This document shows, piece by piece, positions 1 to 10,318 of a stretch of 64,000 nucleotides of DNA. Position numbers and translations under genes: made by a program. A model generated the notes under the pieces. It was not told the DNA's origin and ran no database searches. It was given only the letters and a program-made list of their open reading frames with translations. The first letter of the stretch is position 1. Each line of letters starts with the position of its first letter. The DNA is from Phaeosaccion multiseriatum (lineage: Eukaryota; Protista; Ochrophyta, other classes), in the NCBI GenBank assembly GCA_965112735.1, contig OZ218952.1:2914001-2978000 (forward strand). Reading direction: 5' to 3'.

Positions 1-1318
1 CTCGCCGAATGGAGCGGAGCGAGCAAGCGCATGGGCAGGCTCAGGGAAGCGACGAGAGAGCAGCTGGGGCAGAGAGGCCCTCCTGTCAGAAGATGCTTGC
101 GACGCTGGGCTCACAGAAGCAGGCGAAGCAAGGCGGCAGTGGGCCTGACAGACTTGGCGACGATGATGTTCGCGCGTGGGGCTGAGGTGGGTTGGGAGGG
201 AGGGGAGGGACGGAGGGAGGTGGGAGAGGGGGAGGGAGGGAGGGAGGGAGGGAGGGAGGGAAGGAGGGAGGGAGGGAGGGCGAAAGGGCGGGAGGGAGGG
301 AGGTGGGGAGGAAGGGAGGAAGGGAGGGAAGGAGGGCGTCGGTAGGTCTGCCGAGTCGAATCAATGAAGATGCCATCTGTTCTCCATCTCTCTCCTCTAT
401 CGTGACGGGACAAATTGACTCGATCGAGGGGTCCTTCATTCAATCACTCCACAAAGCTGCTTCGATGAGCAATCAATCTTTGCGTGTATTTGTGTAGTTC
501 TTGCCGCCCACACCTTGTATTGCTTTGTAACGTGCTTTGCTTCGCGTTATTTTTGCTTTGCTTTGCTGCAGACGCTGGCGCTACACGGATGGCGCCGCTT
601 CGTCCGCTCGGCCCTGGCGAGCAAAGAGGTGTGTAGATAGGTATATCGAGCATGTGGTATATTTGATTTGGATGGATATCACCGGAACGGCTGGCCACCG
701 TCGGAGAAGCCTGCACCTAACCCTGGATGGAACCGTAATATATCCGTCATGCGTGCTCGCCTTGCTGTCAACAGGTGTTGCAGGGGGCCAGCGAGCACGC
801 TGCGGACAGGCGGGGACAGGTCGGTCTGGTCTGCTGGCGGAGGCACACAGCGGCACACACAGTGGCTAGGTGTCAGGCAAAGCTGGCTACTCTTCACTGG
901 ACCAAGGTAGGGTAATACGGGGAGGCGCAATAGATGTGTGTAGACAGGGTAGGGCATATTATGTACTGGCTCTTTTGTGTGGGGGAGGGAGCCCACCCAT
1001 TGCGTTGGTTGGTGTCCCTCCGTCCGTGACTTCTTCAAAATTAATGAATCAACACAAACACCCCTCCTGTAGCTCCAATTAACCCCCCCCCCCTTGTCTC
1101 CACTCTCTCTTTTCTCTCCTCTCTCTGCCCACACACCTGCCTGCCTTTATTTATTCCCACCTGCCTGCCTGCAGATCCTGTACCGTAAGGTTTTGGTGGG
1201 TTGGCTCGAGGAGGCGTCGCGTCAACGGTTGGAGCGGAGGAGGGAGACCGCGGAACACCGCATGCGAATGGCGGAGCTCTTGAGCCGCTGCCCACCTCAG
1301 CTGCCACCTCAATTGTGA
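1..1318 (+). CDS. Sfi1-like centrin-binding repeat protein, C-terminal part (5' end outside window)
   Basis: Phase-consistent GT-AG exons 1-186, 572-628, 775-906, 1175-1318. The joined peptide has Trp at positions 4, 36, 69, 102 and 135 (32-33 aa period; LRRW, LHGW, LVCW, LVGW), typical of Sfi1/centrin-binding repeats. Confidence 0.7.
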
Positions 1319-1410
1319 TTTGCTTTGTGATCATAGATCAATGTACACCCTTAAGTGCCATCTATGATTGTCTAAAAGTAATGTCTCACCAAGGGCTCAA
1401 CCCATAAACT

Positions 1411-2224
1411 ATGCTGCATTTTATGCTGCTCTCACTCGTACTTGGCACGTTTCTCTGTGCTCTTCACATTTCGGCCTTCACTGTGACACCAATTCAGACA
1501 TCCAGATCATCATTGACTAAGAGCAGGAGGATTATCGCACTGCAGAGCGAGGCAGCAACCGGAGAGAGAGGAGGAGGAGGAGGAGGAGGAGGAGAGGAAA
1601 TTGATGCGACGCCTGGGCCCCCGACAGTGAGGGGCTCCTATGTGACGGAGGACAGTCTGTTTCCGTACCCTATAGAAGCGTTTCCACAGAGAAGTGCAAG
1701 CGAGGTAAGAGGAATAGAGGCGACAGTTTAAAGTTGGTATGTGGATGCCGTATCTGCTCCTCTCCCCTCACCAAGAAGGCCCCTCCTTTCCCCTCGACCC
1801 CACCCCATACGGGCAGGCTTATTTTAACGGCACAACGGCGTCGTACTGGTGGTGTCAGGACCGAGATGCAGTAGGCGTGTACGTGCCTCTCTCGTCCCCC
1901 GACGTCACCAAGAAGGAGATTGTGTTCGAGGTCACGTCCTCGAAAGTAAAGCTGGTGGTGGAGGGGAAAGACGTGCTGCTGGGCACTCTCTTCAATACGG
2001 TGGACCCCTCCGAGAGTCTCTACCTTATCGACCGAGAGAACGACCCGCCCTTTATCCAGCTCGAGCTCTTCAAAAAGGCGTCCTTCCTTAACTGGCAGGA
2101 CCTTATCGAAGAGGACTCTCCTTACTTGGCGCACCGCATTGACGCTCGTGTCATGCGAGACACTGGAGACAATGATTTTGAGGCGTTACTCGATGAGGTG
2201 TCTATGGTACCAAAGGCAGATTAG
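1411..2224 (+). CDS. Plastid-targeted NudC-type CS (p23/HSP20-like) domain protein
   Basis: Exons 1411-1704 and 1817-2224 (phase 0). Signal peptide ending ISA-FT, then an S/T/R-rich transit peptide. NG..Y.W.Q...V.VYVP...LLG.LF..V...ES...LELFK...W matches the CS fold. Confidence 0.75.
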
Positions 2225-2613
2225 AAGGATTATCTAAGCTCGTATGTACTCGATTTAGAAGCAGAAGGAGGGGTGGGGGGAGGGGAAGACGGTGACGATA
2301 CTTTCGATCATCTCGTCATCTCATCTGCTCATGATCGCTGCATAAGAATCACTAAATCACATCTTCACTTGTACATTTGTGCTCTCTGTGTGTCTGTTTG
2401 TTTGCGGTGGGGATATTCCATGACATTGTAGAGGCATTTGCTTTGCTCTCGTGCTGACAGCTCCATATATTTTATTTCTCATAGTATACATCACACATTT
2501 TTAACAAACACATAGAGCGAAGACCGGAGGGAGGGGGGCACCGCATCTGCACCGGAGTACCACATCGCCCCTCCCTCCCTATCAGAACAAAATGACTCTC
2601 AAGGCATCACTCC

Positions 2614-2747
2614 TCAGCAGCAGAAAGGCCTCAGCAGAAGGAAGGGCATCACTCCTCAGCAGAAGGAAGGGCATCACTCCTCAGCAGAAGGAAGGGCATC
2701 ACTCCTCAGCAGAAGGAAGGGCATCACTCCTCAGCAGAAGGAAGGGC
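2614..2747. repeat. 25-bp minisatellite GCATCACTCCTCAGCAGAAGGAAGG, 4 exact copies (2646-2745) plus partial copies
   Basis: Read directly from the sequence; lies just beyond the stop of the minus-strand gene. Confidence 0.95.
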
Positions 2748-2764
2748 GTGTATGAGCCTCGACC

Positions 2765-3353
2765 CTACGCACCCTCGACGAGCGAAGGCGCCGACACGGA
2801 TCCCTCCATGCCAGTGGTCTGTAGCTTAGCCTCGCTCTTCCTGCTGCCGCTCGCCCCCCCTCCCTCAGTAGCTCCTGCTCCTGCTCCTAGGCCTACAGGC
2901 GATAGTCGGCGAGGGCTCTTCTTCACCTTACCCATATGACTAGGCGAGTCGAGGGGTAGGAGTGGCAGAGCAGACCCGTGACCATTGGTACCTGTTGCTG
3001 TTTTACCGCGAGTACTGCTGTTCTCTCGCTTAGCGGCCTCGACCGCCTTCTTGGGCCCCGAAGACACCTCCGCGGCCGCAGCCGTAAGGCCCGCATAGTG
3101 CTGGCGTAAGTGTGCAGAGGAGACGTTGATCGGACCACTGTGGCTGGTGCCACCACTAACGGAGGCATCGCACACACTGTAGCCTTTTCGACCCCCCGTC
3201 CGATTGAAGTCATCCATTTCCTTCGTGGTGCTTCCACTCGGGCCTTGAAGCTTCTGCATAGAGCGCAGGGCTTCTGCCGAGGCGCTCTCGGCATCAAGAC
3301 TCACGCGGTTCAGCTGCTTGCGCTCCTGTGCAAACGCCTGTGGTGTGTGTGTG

Positions 3354-3439
<86 letters not shown>

Positions 3440-6400
3440 GGGGAGGAGTAGAGCAGAGCAGGTGGGGGGGGAGGAAAGAGGAAAGGAAAGTTAGAAACAG
3501 TTTCAGAGACAGAGCTCGACCCTTGACCTGCTACCGGCCGACCAGCCGGCCAGCCAACCACCAGCTGCCACCGCCGGCGTGAGCTAGCGGCTACCTACTA
3601 CCGCCGGCGTGAGCTAGCGGCTACCTACTACCGCTGAGCCGGCGTGCTACCTGCCACCCGGTCCGGAGGGCCCGGTAGCATGCTACCGAGGATCGCTCGG
3701 TTAGCACGTCAGGGGTCGATTTCAGTTAGATCTCCCTGTGCCCTGCCCTGCCCTTCGACAAATGAGCAGAGGAGAAACTCACTCTCACTCACTCACTCAC
3801 TCACTCACTCTCTCACTCTCTCACTCACTCACTCACTCACTCACTCACTCACTCACTCCCTCACTCCCTTACTCACTCCCTCACTCCCTCACTCACTCCC
3901 TCACCGAGACTTTCAAGTTGAAGTCCACCAAACTGGAGCCTCTCTTGGCCATCTTGGGGAAGTGATGCAGCTGGCTCTCGTCCAACACGGCATCTTTGAC
4001 AATCACATCCTCCCAACTGAAAGTGTCCGATCCGACGCTTTGAAGAATGGGTTGGTTTACTCGAATCAATCTCTCCTTGGCTGAATCGACAGGAGCAGCC
4101 GCCTGGGGGGTGGCTCCACCTGCTTGTTCGACTTCCCCAGGCCCCGACCCTCCTCCTCCTCCGGGCGGTGCCGCTCCATCTACTGCTGGTAGGGTATCTC
4201 CTTCTCCTCCTCCTCCTCCTCCTCCTCCTCCACCACCTCCTCCACCTCCTCCTCCTCCTCCCCCTCCTCCTCCTCCTTCGTCCGCTTCAGTCTTCTTCTC
4301 CCCCCCTCCTTCTCCCTCCTCCTGCGGCGGCTGCTGCGTCTCGCCTGCCGGTACATCAGTGTCAAGCGGGCTCGGTGAGGCACCATCCGCATCCCCCTCC
4401 GTACCCTCCTCCTTCTTGCTCTGCTCTGGCTCCTCCTCCTGGATACCCCCAACCTTGAGCGCTTTGGCCTGATCCAGCAGGTTTAGATTGGAGGGCAGCT
4501 GCAAGCGAGATTCAAAGAATTCGGCGATCATCAGAGAGCGTGCCTGGAACAAACAAACAAACAAACAAACAAACAAACAAACAAACAAACAAACAAACAA
4601 ACAAACAAACAAACAAACAAACAAACAAACAAACAAACAAACAAACAAACAAACAAACAAACAAACAAACAAGCAAGCAAACAAACAAACAAACAAACAA
4701 ACAACAGCCAGTACACAGTCAGACGCGGAACATGTTGCAAGAGTCAAGTCCCGCGCGCATCACGGATTGACCCCACAGAGACTCAATGTGCCTCGCAGTA
4801 GTGGAACGAACGACCGAGCCCCTCAGCCATCCGATAGAGGGAGAAAGAGAGAGGGAGAGAAGGGGGGGGGAGAGCAAGCGATCGCGGGGTCTACTTCTCA
4901 CGGTGGTCACTACGTACACACATACGTACTTCGGTAAGTAAGTTAGTAAAGTACATACTCGTCTCTTCCTCCTCTCCCCTCCACTCCTCCCCTACCCTCC
5001 ACTCCTCCTCTCCTTCTCCTTCTCCTCCTCCTCCTCCTCCTCCTCCTCCTCCTCCTCCTCCTCCTCCTCCTCCTCCTCCTCCTCCTCACCTCAGCAAAGA
5101 TTTCCTTCTTAGCCTCCGCGTCAAGTATGGCCGCTTCGTCCTCCATCCGCTCCTTCTCTAGATCCGCCACCATCAGCATAAGGTGCTCCTTACGCCTGAA
5201 GATGGGTAACCCACTTGCTGTTACCACGATGGGCTTGAATTTGAGGTCCAGTTCGACGTGATAGGTCTGCAGCACGAGGTACGTTTGATCCTCGCTCTCA
5301 CAAATGGCGTAGTCCAGGTGGGCAGACGTTCTCCACAAGAATTTCGACCCTGTGAGTGTGGAGAGGAAAGGGGGGGGAGGAGGAGGGGAAGAAGCGATGA
5401 GGGATGAGGATCAACCGACCAACCGATCGACCGCCCGACGAACGATCAGAGTCCGTGCCATTGTGGCCGTGTGTGAGTGTGTCAGTGTGATATGGTCGAT
5501 GCAATGAGAACGGGAGCAGGGTACATGCATCAGATCGCTGGCTGGAACTGCGTACCTTTGGCAAGCACTGTCCCTGTCAGCTGGATCGTATTCGTTGTTG
5601 TGTCCTGCGCGCGCCCACAAGCAAAACACATACGCACGCACACAGACACGCACACGCACATGCACACACACACACACACAAGGAGGAGGAGCACGGTGGA
5701 AGCAAACAAAGCAACAAGAGGGCGAAGAGGTGTGCAGCAAGAAGAGAGTGGAGGTCAGAGCACACGTCACACACCGACCCAAACGACTCTAACCCATCCA
5801 AGAATGGGGCGGGGGGGGGGACTGTCCGCCTTCCTCCTACAGCTACTGCTCAACCTTCCACCCAAATCACGTCCTGGTACCCCACCCCACCCGACCCTGC
5901 CCCTCGCTCACCTCCTCTGGTGGAGGGGTCGGCTTCACAGGATGGAGCACTTCGCTCTCAATCTCCTTGGCGGCTCTGAGGATGCCTTCGGCGTCTTCGG
6001 GACTGAGTACCCCACGACGCATCCGCTCCGCCTTCCACGCCAGGGATGGTATAGCCAGGCAGAAGGCCGCGAATTCCCATAGCTCTATAGTCATGGAGGA
6101 GTCCGCGTCTACAAGGAAGGTGGGAGGAAGGGGGGAGGGCAGACGTCATTAGGAGAGTGAGCCAGGACAGGCAACGAACGGTGTTGCAGCGCAGCTGGGC
6201 GAGCGAGCGAAGGATTGAGCTAAACGTTCAGTAGGTCCAAACTCATGGCTGACTGACAGAGGCAAATGCCGCACGCGAAAGAGGACGTTGTCCTCCGTCC
6301 TCATCCCTCTTGACTTGTGCTTACCAATGTGGTGAAACACGCTGGCGCTGTCTTCCGGACTGAGCAGTTCCCCCTCCTTCATAATGGTATTAAGGCCCTC

Positions 6401-7045
6401 CGTGAAGGCTTCCAGCGTCACGTGGGGCTCCGTCGGCGGGGCAGGTGCTTGCTCCATTTCCTTCTTCGTCTGCTCCTCCTCCGCAGAGGCAGTCTCTTCT
6501 TCATTCTGCACGACTGGTGCGAAAGAGGAGGTCCTCCTGGTGCTGCTTCTTTGCAGCAGCCTAGAACTGCCACTCTTTTGCAGCTGGCTTTGCAGCTCCG
6601 AGGAGCTGGCTCCCTTTTCCAGCAGACCCCCTGCTCGACTCCCCCCCCTCTGAAGTAGGGAGGGACGACTCGGCGACCTGCTTGACGCAGTCACGCTGCC
6701 CCTGCCCTTGCTGGCACTGGCGAGTCTGCCCCTCGGCGGACTCAATGACGCTACTGAAGGCCTCTTGCCCGCACTCAAGGACGGTCTCCTGCTGTTGGAG
6801 GAGGATCTTCGTTGGGATGCTGGAACTTCCTCCACCACCTTGAGTAGGGGCTCGGCCATGGGCTCCGTCAAGAAGCGACCAAAGAGTTTCAGCACAGTCA
6901 TTCCACCGGCCTTGGCTTCTGTGAGTGCCGCCCTGACTTTGTCCACCGCAGCTTCCACAGACATATTCGCTGGAGCCGTCTGCTGCGTTCCCGCCTCCCC
7001 ATTTCCAAACTCTCCCTTCCCCTCCTTCGCCTCGTCCGATGTCAT
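2765..7045 (-). CDS. EF-hand-containing hypothetical protein with low-complexity regions
   Basis: Exons 7045-6325, 6108-5912, 5604-5556, 5349-5090, 4543-3905, 3337-2765, all phase-consistent. Splicing creates an EF-hand loop VFHHI-DADSSMTIELWEF. Start codon uncertain. Confidence 0.7.
3343..3432. repeat. (GT)n/(CA)n microsatellite abutting a 3' splice site
   Basis: Direct reading; acceptor AG at 3339-3338 on the minus strand. Confidence 0.95.
3516..3719. mobile_element. Non-autonomous TIR element (MITE), copy A, GGTAG/CTACC subfamily, intronic
   Basis: Ends TCGACCCTTGAC ... GTCAGGGGTCGA (11/12 inverted match). Internal 30-bp tandem duplication 3571-3630. Palindrome CTCGGTAGCATGCTACCG near one end. 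Homologous to copies at 32.3, 60.5 and 61.6 kb. Confidence 0.8.
3776..3904. repeat. (CACT)n/(GAGT)n microsatellite starting at a 5' splice site
   Basis: Direct reading; donor GT at 3904-3903 (minus strand). Confidence 0.9.
4547..4703. repeat. (AAAC)n microsatellite abutting a 3' splice site
   Basis: Direct reading; (GTTT)nGTTCCAG| on the minus strand. Confidence 0.95.
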
Positions 7046-7275
7046 TGAACCCCGTCCCCTGCAGCTTCTCTTCTGCTCCGTCTACAGAGTTCGGATCTTC
7101 ATGCTAGCCTGTTTTGTGCTCTTGCACTTCTGCTCCAATAGTGTGGGGTCTGGGTGAGAGCACAGCTCCACTCTGTGCTCTACAATGAAAGAAAAAAGTC
7201 CAGGCCTTGAATTTCTCCAGGTCATCATTGTCGGCAGTTTCAGGCCGGACAGTTTCCAGTTTCACGCGTTGATAA

Positions 7276-8667
7276 ATGGCACTCTACGTGGCAACCATGG
7301 AATCTGTGATGAAAAAAGCAACCCAAAATGAAGTAATATTGATGAGAAAAGGAGCGGGCGTGGCCCCTGAACCAGAAGGAGATGTGGACGTGCCCCCCAC
7401 CTTCCCACCGCTCGAGGAGTCTGGTCGTGTGGCCTTGCGCTACAGTATTCAAAGCCCCTCCCCCCCTTTAACTCTCTGGGGTCTTGCAAATGCTTTGGAG
7501 GCGGGAAAGGGAGCGAATGGCACGGGCTGCACGGGGCTGTCTCAGTGGAAGGTACACCTCTTCTCTTATGAATCCTCTTTCCTCTGCACCCCTCGGCAGT
7601 GCACCGCTCAAGCTCCCGCGCCCTTCCAACAACCCCCTCTGACACCACACACAGGCAACCCTCCATCTCGCTGACTTCCTCTGCGAGCACCCACACATCG
7701 TCCAGGGCAAGCGGGTCTTGGAAGTAGGCTGTGGAATGGGGCTTCTGGGGTTGGTTTGCATGCGCTTAGGAGCAAAGGTAAGTAAAGACGGTGGGATTTG
7801 GCGCTTAAGAGTTGTTTGGTCACGACTTTTCCTACTCCTCAGGCCGTGGTCATGACAGACGGCGATAGCAGTGGTGAGGTGGAGCGGCGCCTCGTTGCGA
7901 ACATGGCAGCCAACGGACTGATACGAAAGAGAGAGGGAGGAGTAGAGGGAACCCAAGGAGGGCACGAGTATCGAAAACTTCAGTGGGGCAATGAGACTGA
8001 CATGGCGTCGCTTCTCCTGGAAGAAGCGTTTGACTGCATTGTGGGCGGGGATGTGATCTATGATGGCAACAGAGCATGCGTGGCGCCCCTGTTCGCTACC
8101 GCCAAAGTAAGTCTCAAGCTTGGATATGGAGTAAGTCAAGCTAAGCTGGGGCACCGGAGCACCACCACCTCCTCTTCGTCAGCACCCGACCGTTTGTGCA
8201 TGCTTCTTCCTTTCCGCAATGCAGGCCCTTCACATCCTCAATTGTAAGTGTGACCCCACGCCTGATATCATATCTCGGTGCTTCCCTCTCCTCCTCAGGC
8301 GCTGTCCAAACCGCACGCCCCTTTCTACGTCGCCTTCGAACGGCGCCTCGTCCCGGTGCTCGACCTGCAGGCAGCCGCCAGAAAGACCAACGATTGGGGA
8401 ACAAAGCTCCTGCAGGTAAGAAGGAAGGAAGGAAGGAAAGTGGGGATAGGGACGCCAGCAGGCAGGCAGGCAGGGCAGTGTCATGGATTGACGAGAGCGA
8501 GACAAGCAACCTGACGCTTGAACTGAGCCCCAAGAAGGTGTTTATAGTACCCCAACCAGACAAGCGCTCAGATACATCCCCTCTTATGAGCCGGACCGTC
8601 GGTCGCCATGGTCGCTGTTCTCTATTGTCTGCTCCTGCTGCTGCGTCTGCACCCGCGCGTGTACACC

Positions 8668-8706
<39 letters not shown>

Positions 8707-8978
8707 CCCTTGCTTCTCCCCTGTGTTCCATCCCTCCCTTCCGGCCGGAGTCCCTCACCATCTCCCCCCCCTCGCCACCTGCTGCCCCTTCTGAAAGGCT
8801 CACTCCACTTTGTCTGGCCCTCGCCTGTCCCGGTTCTTGCCGTGCCCCACACAACTTACGTCAGGTTTGGGACCTCTTCGACAACGACGTTGACGAGCTC
8901 ACCGTGTGCTGGGAGCAAGTCCTGTTGCTCTTCGGCCAAGGGGTAGAGGACAGCTGTCTTAAGCCTGTGGAGTTTTAG
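7276..8978 (+). CDS. Class I SAM-dependent protein lysine methyltransferase (Methyltransf_16/METTL21-EFM-like)
   Basis: Exons 7276-7551, 7655-7777, 7843-8106, 8299-8415, 8865-8978. Motifs TGLSQW.ATLHLADFL, KRVLEVGCGMGLLG, VVMTDG, LQWG, FDCIVGGDVIY. Last exon less certain. Confidence 0.85.
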
Positions 8979-9181
8979 TAGCTCAGCCGGTCGAACGTCA
9001 AGCTTGCGGCAGGCACCGAGGGAACTACCCTGAGAGTTCCAGAGGGGGCAGTCGGTAGGCGGTACGATAGCACCAGTACGATACCACGGCAGCGGCAAGC
9101 AGCCAATGTTCCCAAGCCCAGCACGCTCCTGTCGTCCCAATCTTCTGCCAATCGAGGCAGCAGAGACCGACAGCGAAGGGC

Positions 9182-9223
<42 letters not shown>

Positions 9224-9639
9224 CAGCAAGCAAACAGGAGCGAAGGAAGGCTCAGAAGCGGTCCCTCGGGCTTGAAACGCGTGGTTCCCGTTGGTGCCGC
9301 GGAACGTTTACTCTCATTGTTGATGAGAGTGTTCGCTGCATCGGTGGGAACTTTATGGTCCGACTTTCGATATCACTATAAGTAATATTTCCGACCACAC
9401 GTACGTAAAGAATAAGCTTGGCTTTTTGACACAGTCAAGGAGCGACATGAGAGACGAAGTCTTGCACTCAGAGACCACGAGAGAGCTCCGGGCTGAACAA
9501 ACACTGCGACTGAGCACACTGGACCAAGCCGACAGCACGGCAGCAGGCACCGTTCGATCTTCGAGGCATTGGGCCCAATCGCAACCTCCTGAGCGCGGAG
9601 TAGGAAGTACAACTTGTCAGCACCACTCACTTGTCAACG

Positions 9640-9963
9640 CCTTTTGCGCTCGCCCTTCCGCTCCGTCGGAGCGATATGTGGGGATGCGAATGTGTTGAGC
9701 AGAACGGGGGGGGGTTAAGTGTTGGGCGGTACTTGGCTTGGTCGGTACAGCACTACTCGCCGGTGGGCGGTATGGGGCTGTAGGTCGGCTTAGCACATAG
9801 CTCGCGGGCCGGCGAAGAGCGCGAGGCACAAAGGGCGACGGCGGCTTCGATCATATCACCAACATTACATGGCGTAACGTTGGGGTCATATGGGGACGAC
9901 ACTAACGCCTGCGGCCGACTGGGCTCCGTCGCGCGGCCCCGAATGGCAGTCCATTTTTTTTTT
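9640..9963 (+). ncRNA. Candidate structured non-coding RNA ending in T10 (unidentified)
   Basis: Several nested stems with G-U pairs on the + strand, followed by a T10 run (9954-9963). No convincing ORF and no recognised snRNA/SRP/RNase P motif. Confidence 0.25.
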
Positions 9964-10318
9964 ATGTGGCTCCTCTAAACAGCTAGCTCATCATCCGTCG
10001 TCCTTTTGAGTGGAGACCCGAGGAAGGCAACTCTCCGCAAAGGTTTGGGTGTTTGTTCAGTTCGCATGGTGTGCACTTACTTGACGGTACCCCGCTTCAA
10101 GAAAGACAGCTCTGCAGATGGTCGAAGAGGAGGGGACGGGAGGGGGTGTCTTCATTCACTTACACTAAAGTAAGAAAAGCGTTGTATCCCTCCAAACAAA
10201 GACTGTGACGGGGTTCTACATTGTACCCTGGTGCCGCTTCCTGTCTTTGCGAAGGAAGGTGTGCGTAGTGTTACATGTGATACACTCAGCCAGATCAACC
10301 ACTGCGTATTTCGTCCAC

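Noticed and set aside
2614-2747. 25-bp direct repeats resembling a CRISPR array
   Set aside because: Head-to-tail with no unique spacers, eukaryotic context and no cas genes.
8856-9233. Minus-strand ORF with an apparent poly-Leu signal peptide
   Set aside because: Non-ATG start, hydrophobic run is a (CAG)n repeat, and it overlaps the methyltransferase last exon.
9905-9952. HDV-like ribozyme or group I core suggested by TCCGTCGC and CGAATGGCAGTCC
   Set aside because: P1/P1.1/P4 pairings and the group I guanosine-binding motif could not be assembled.
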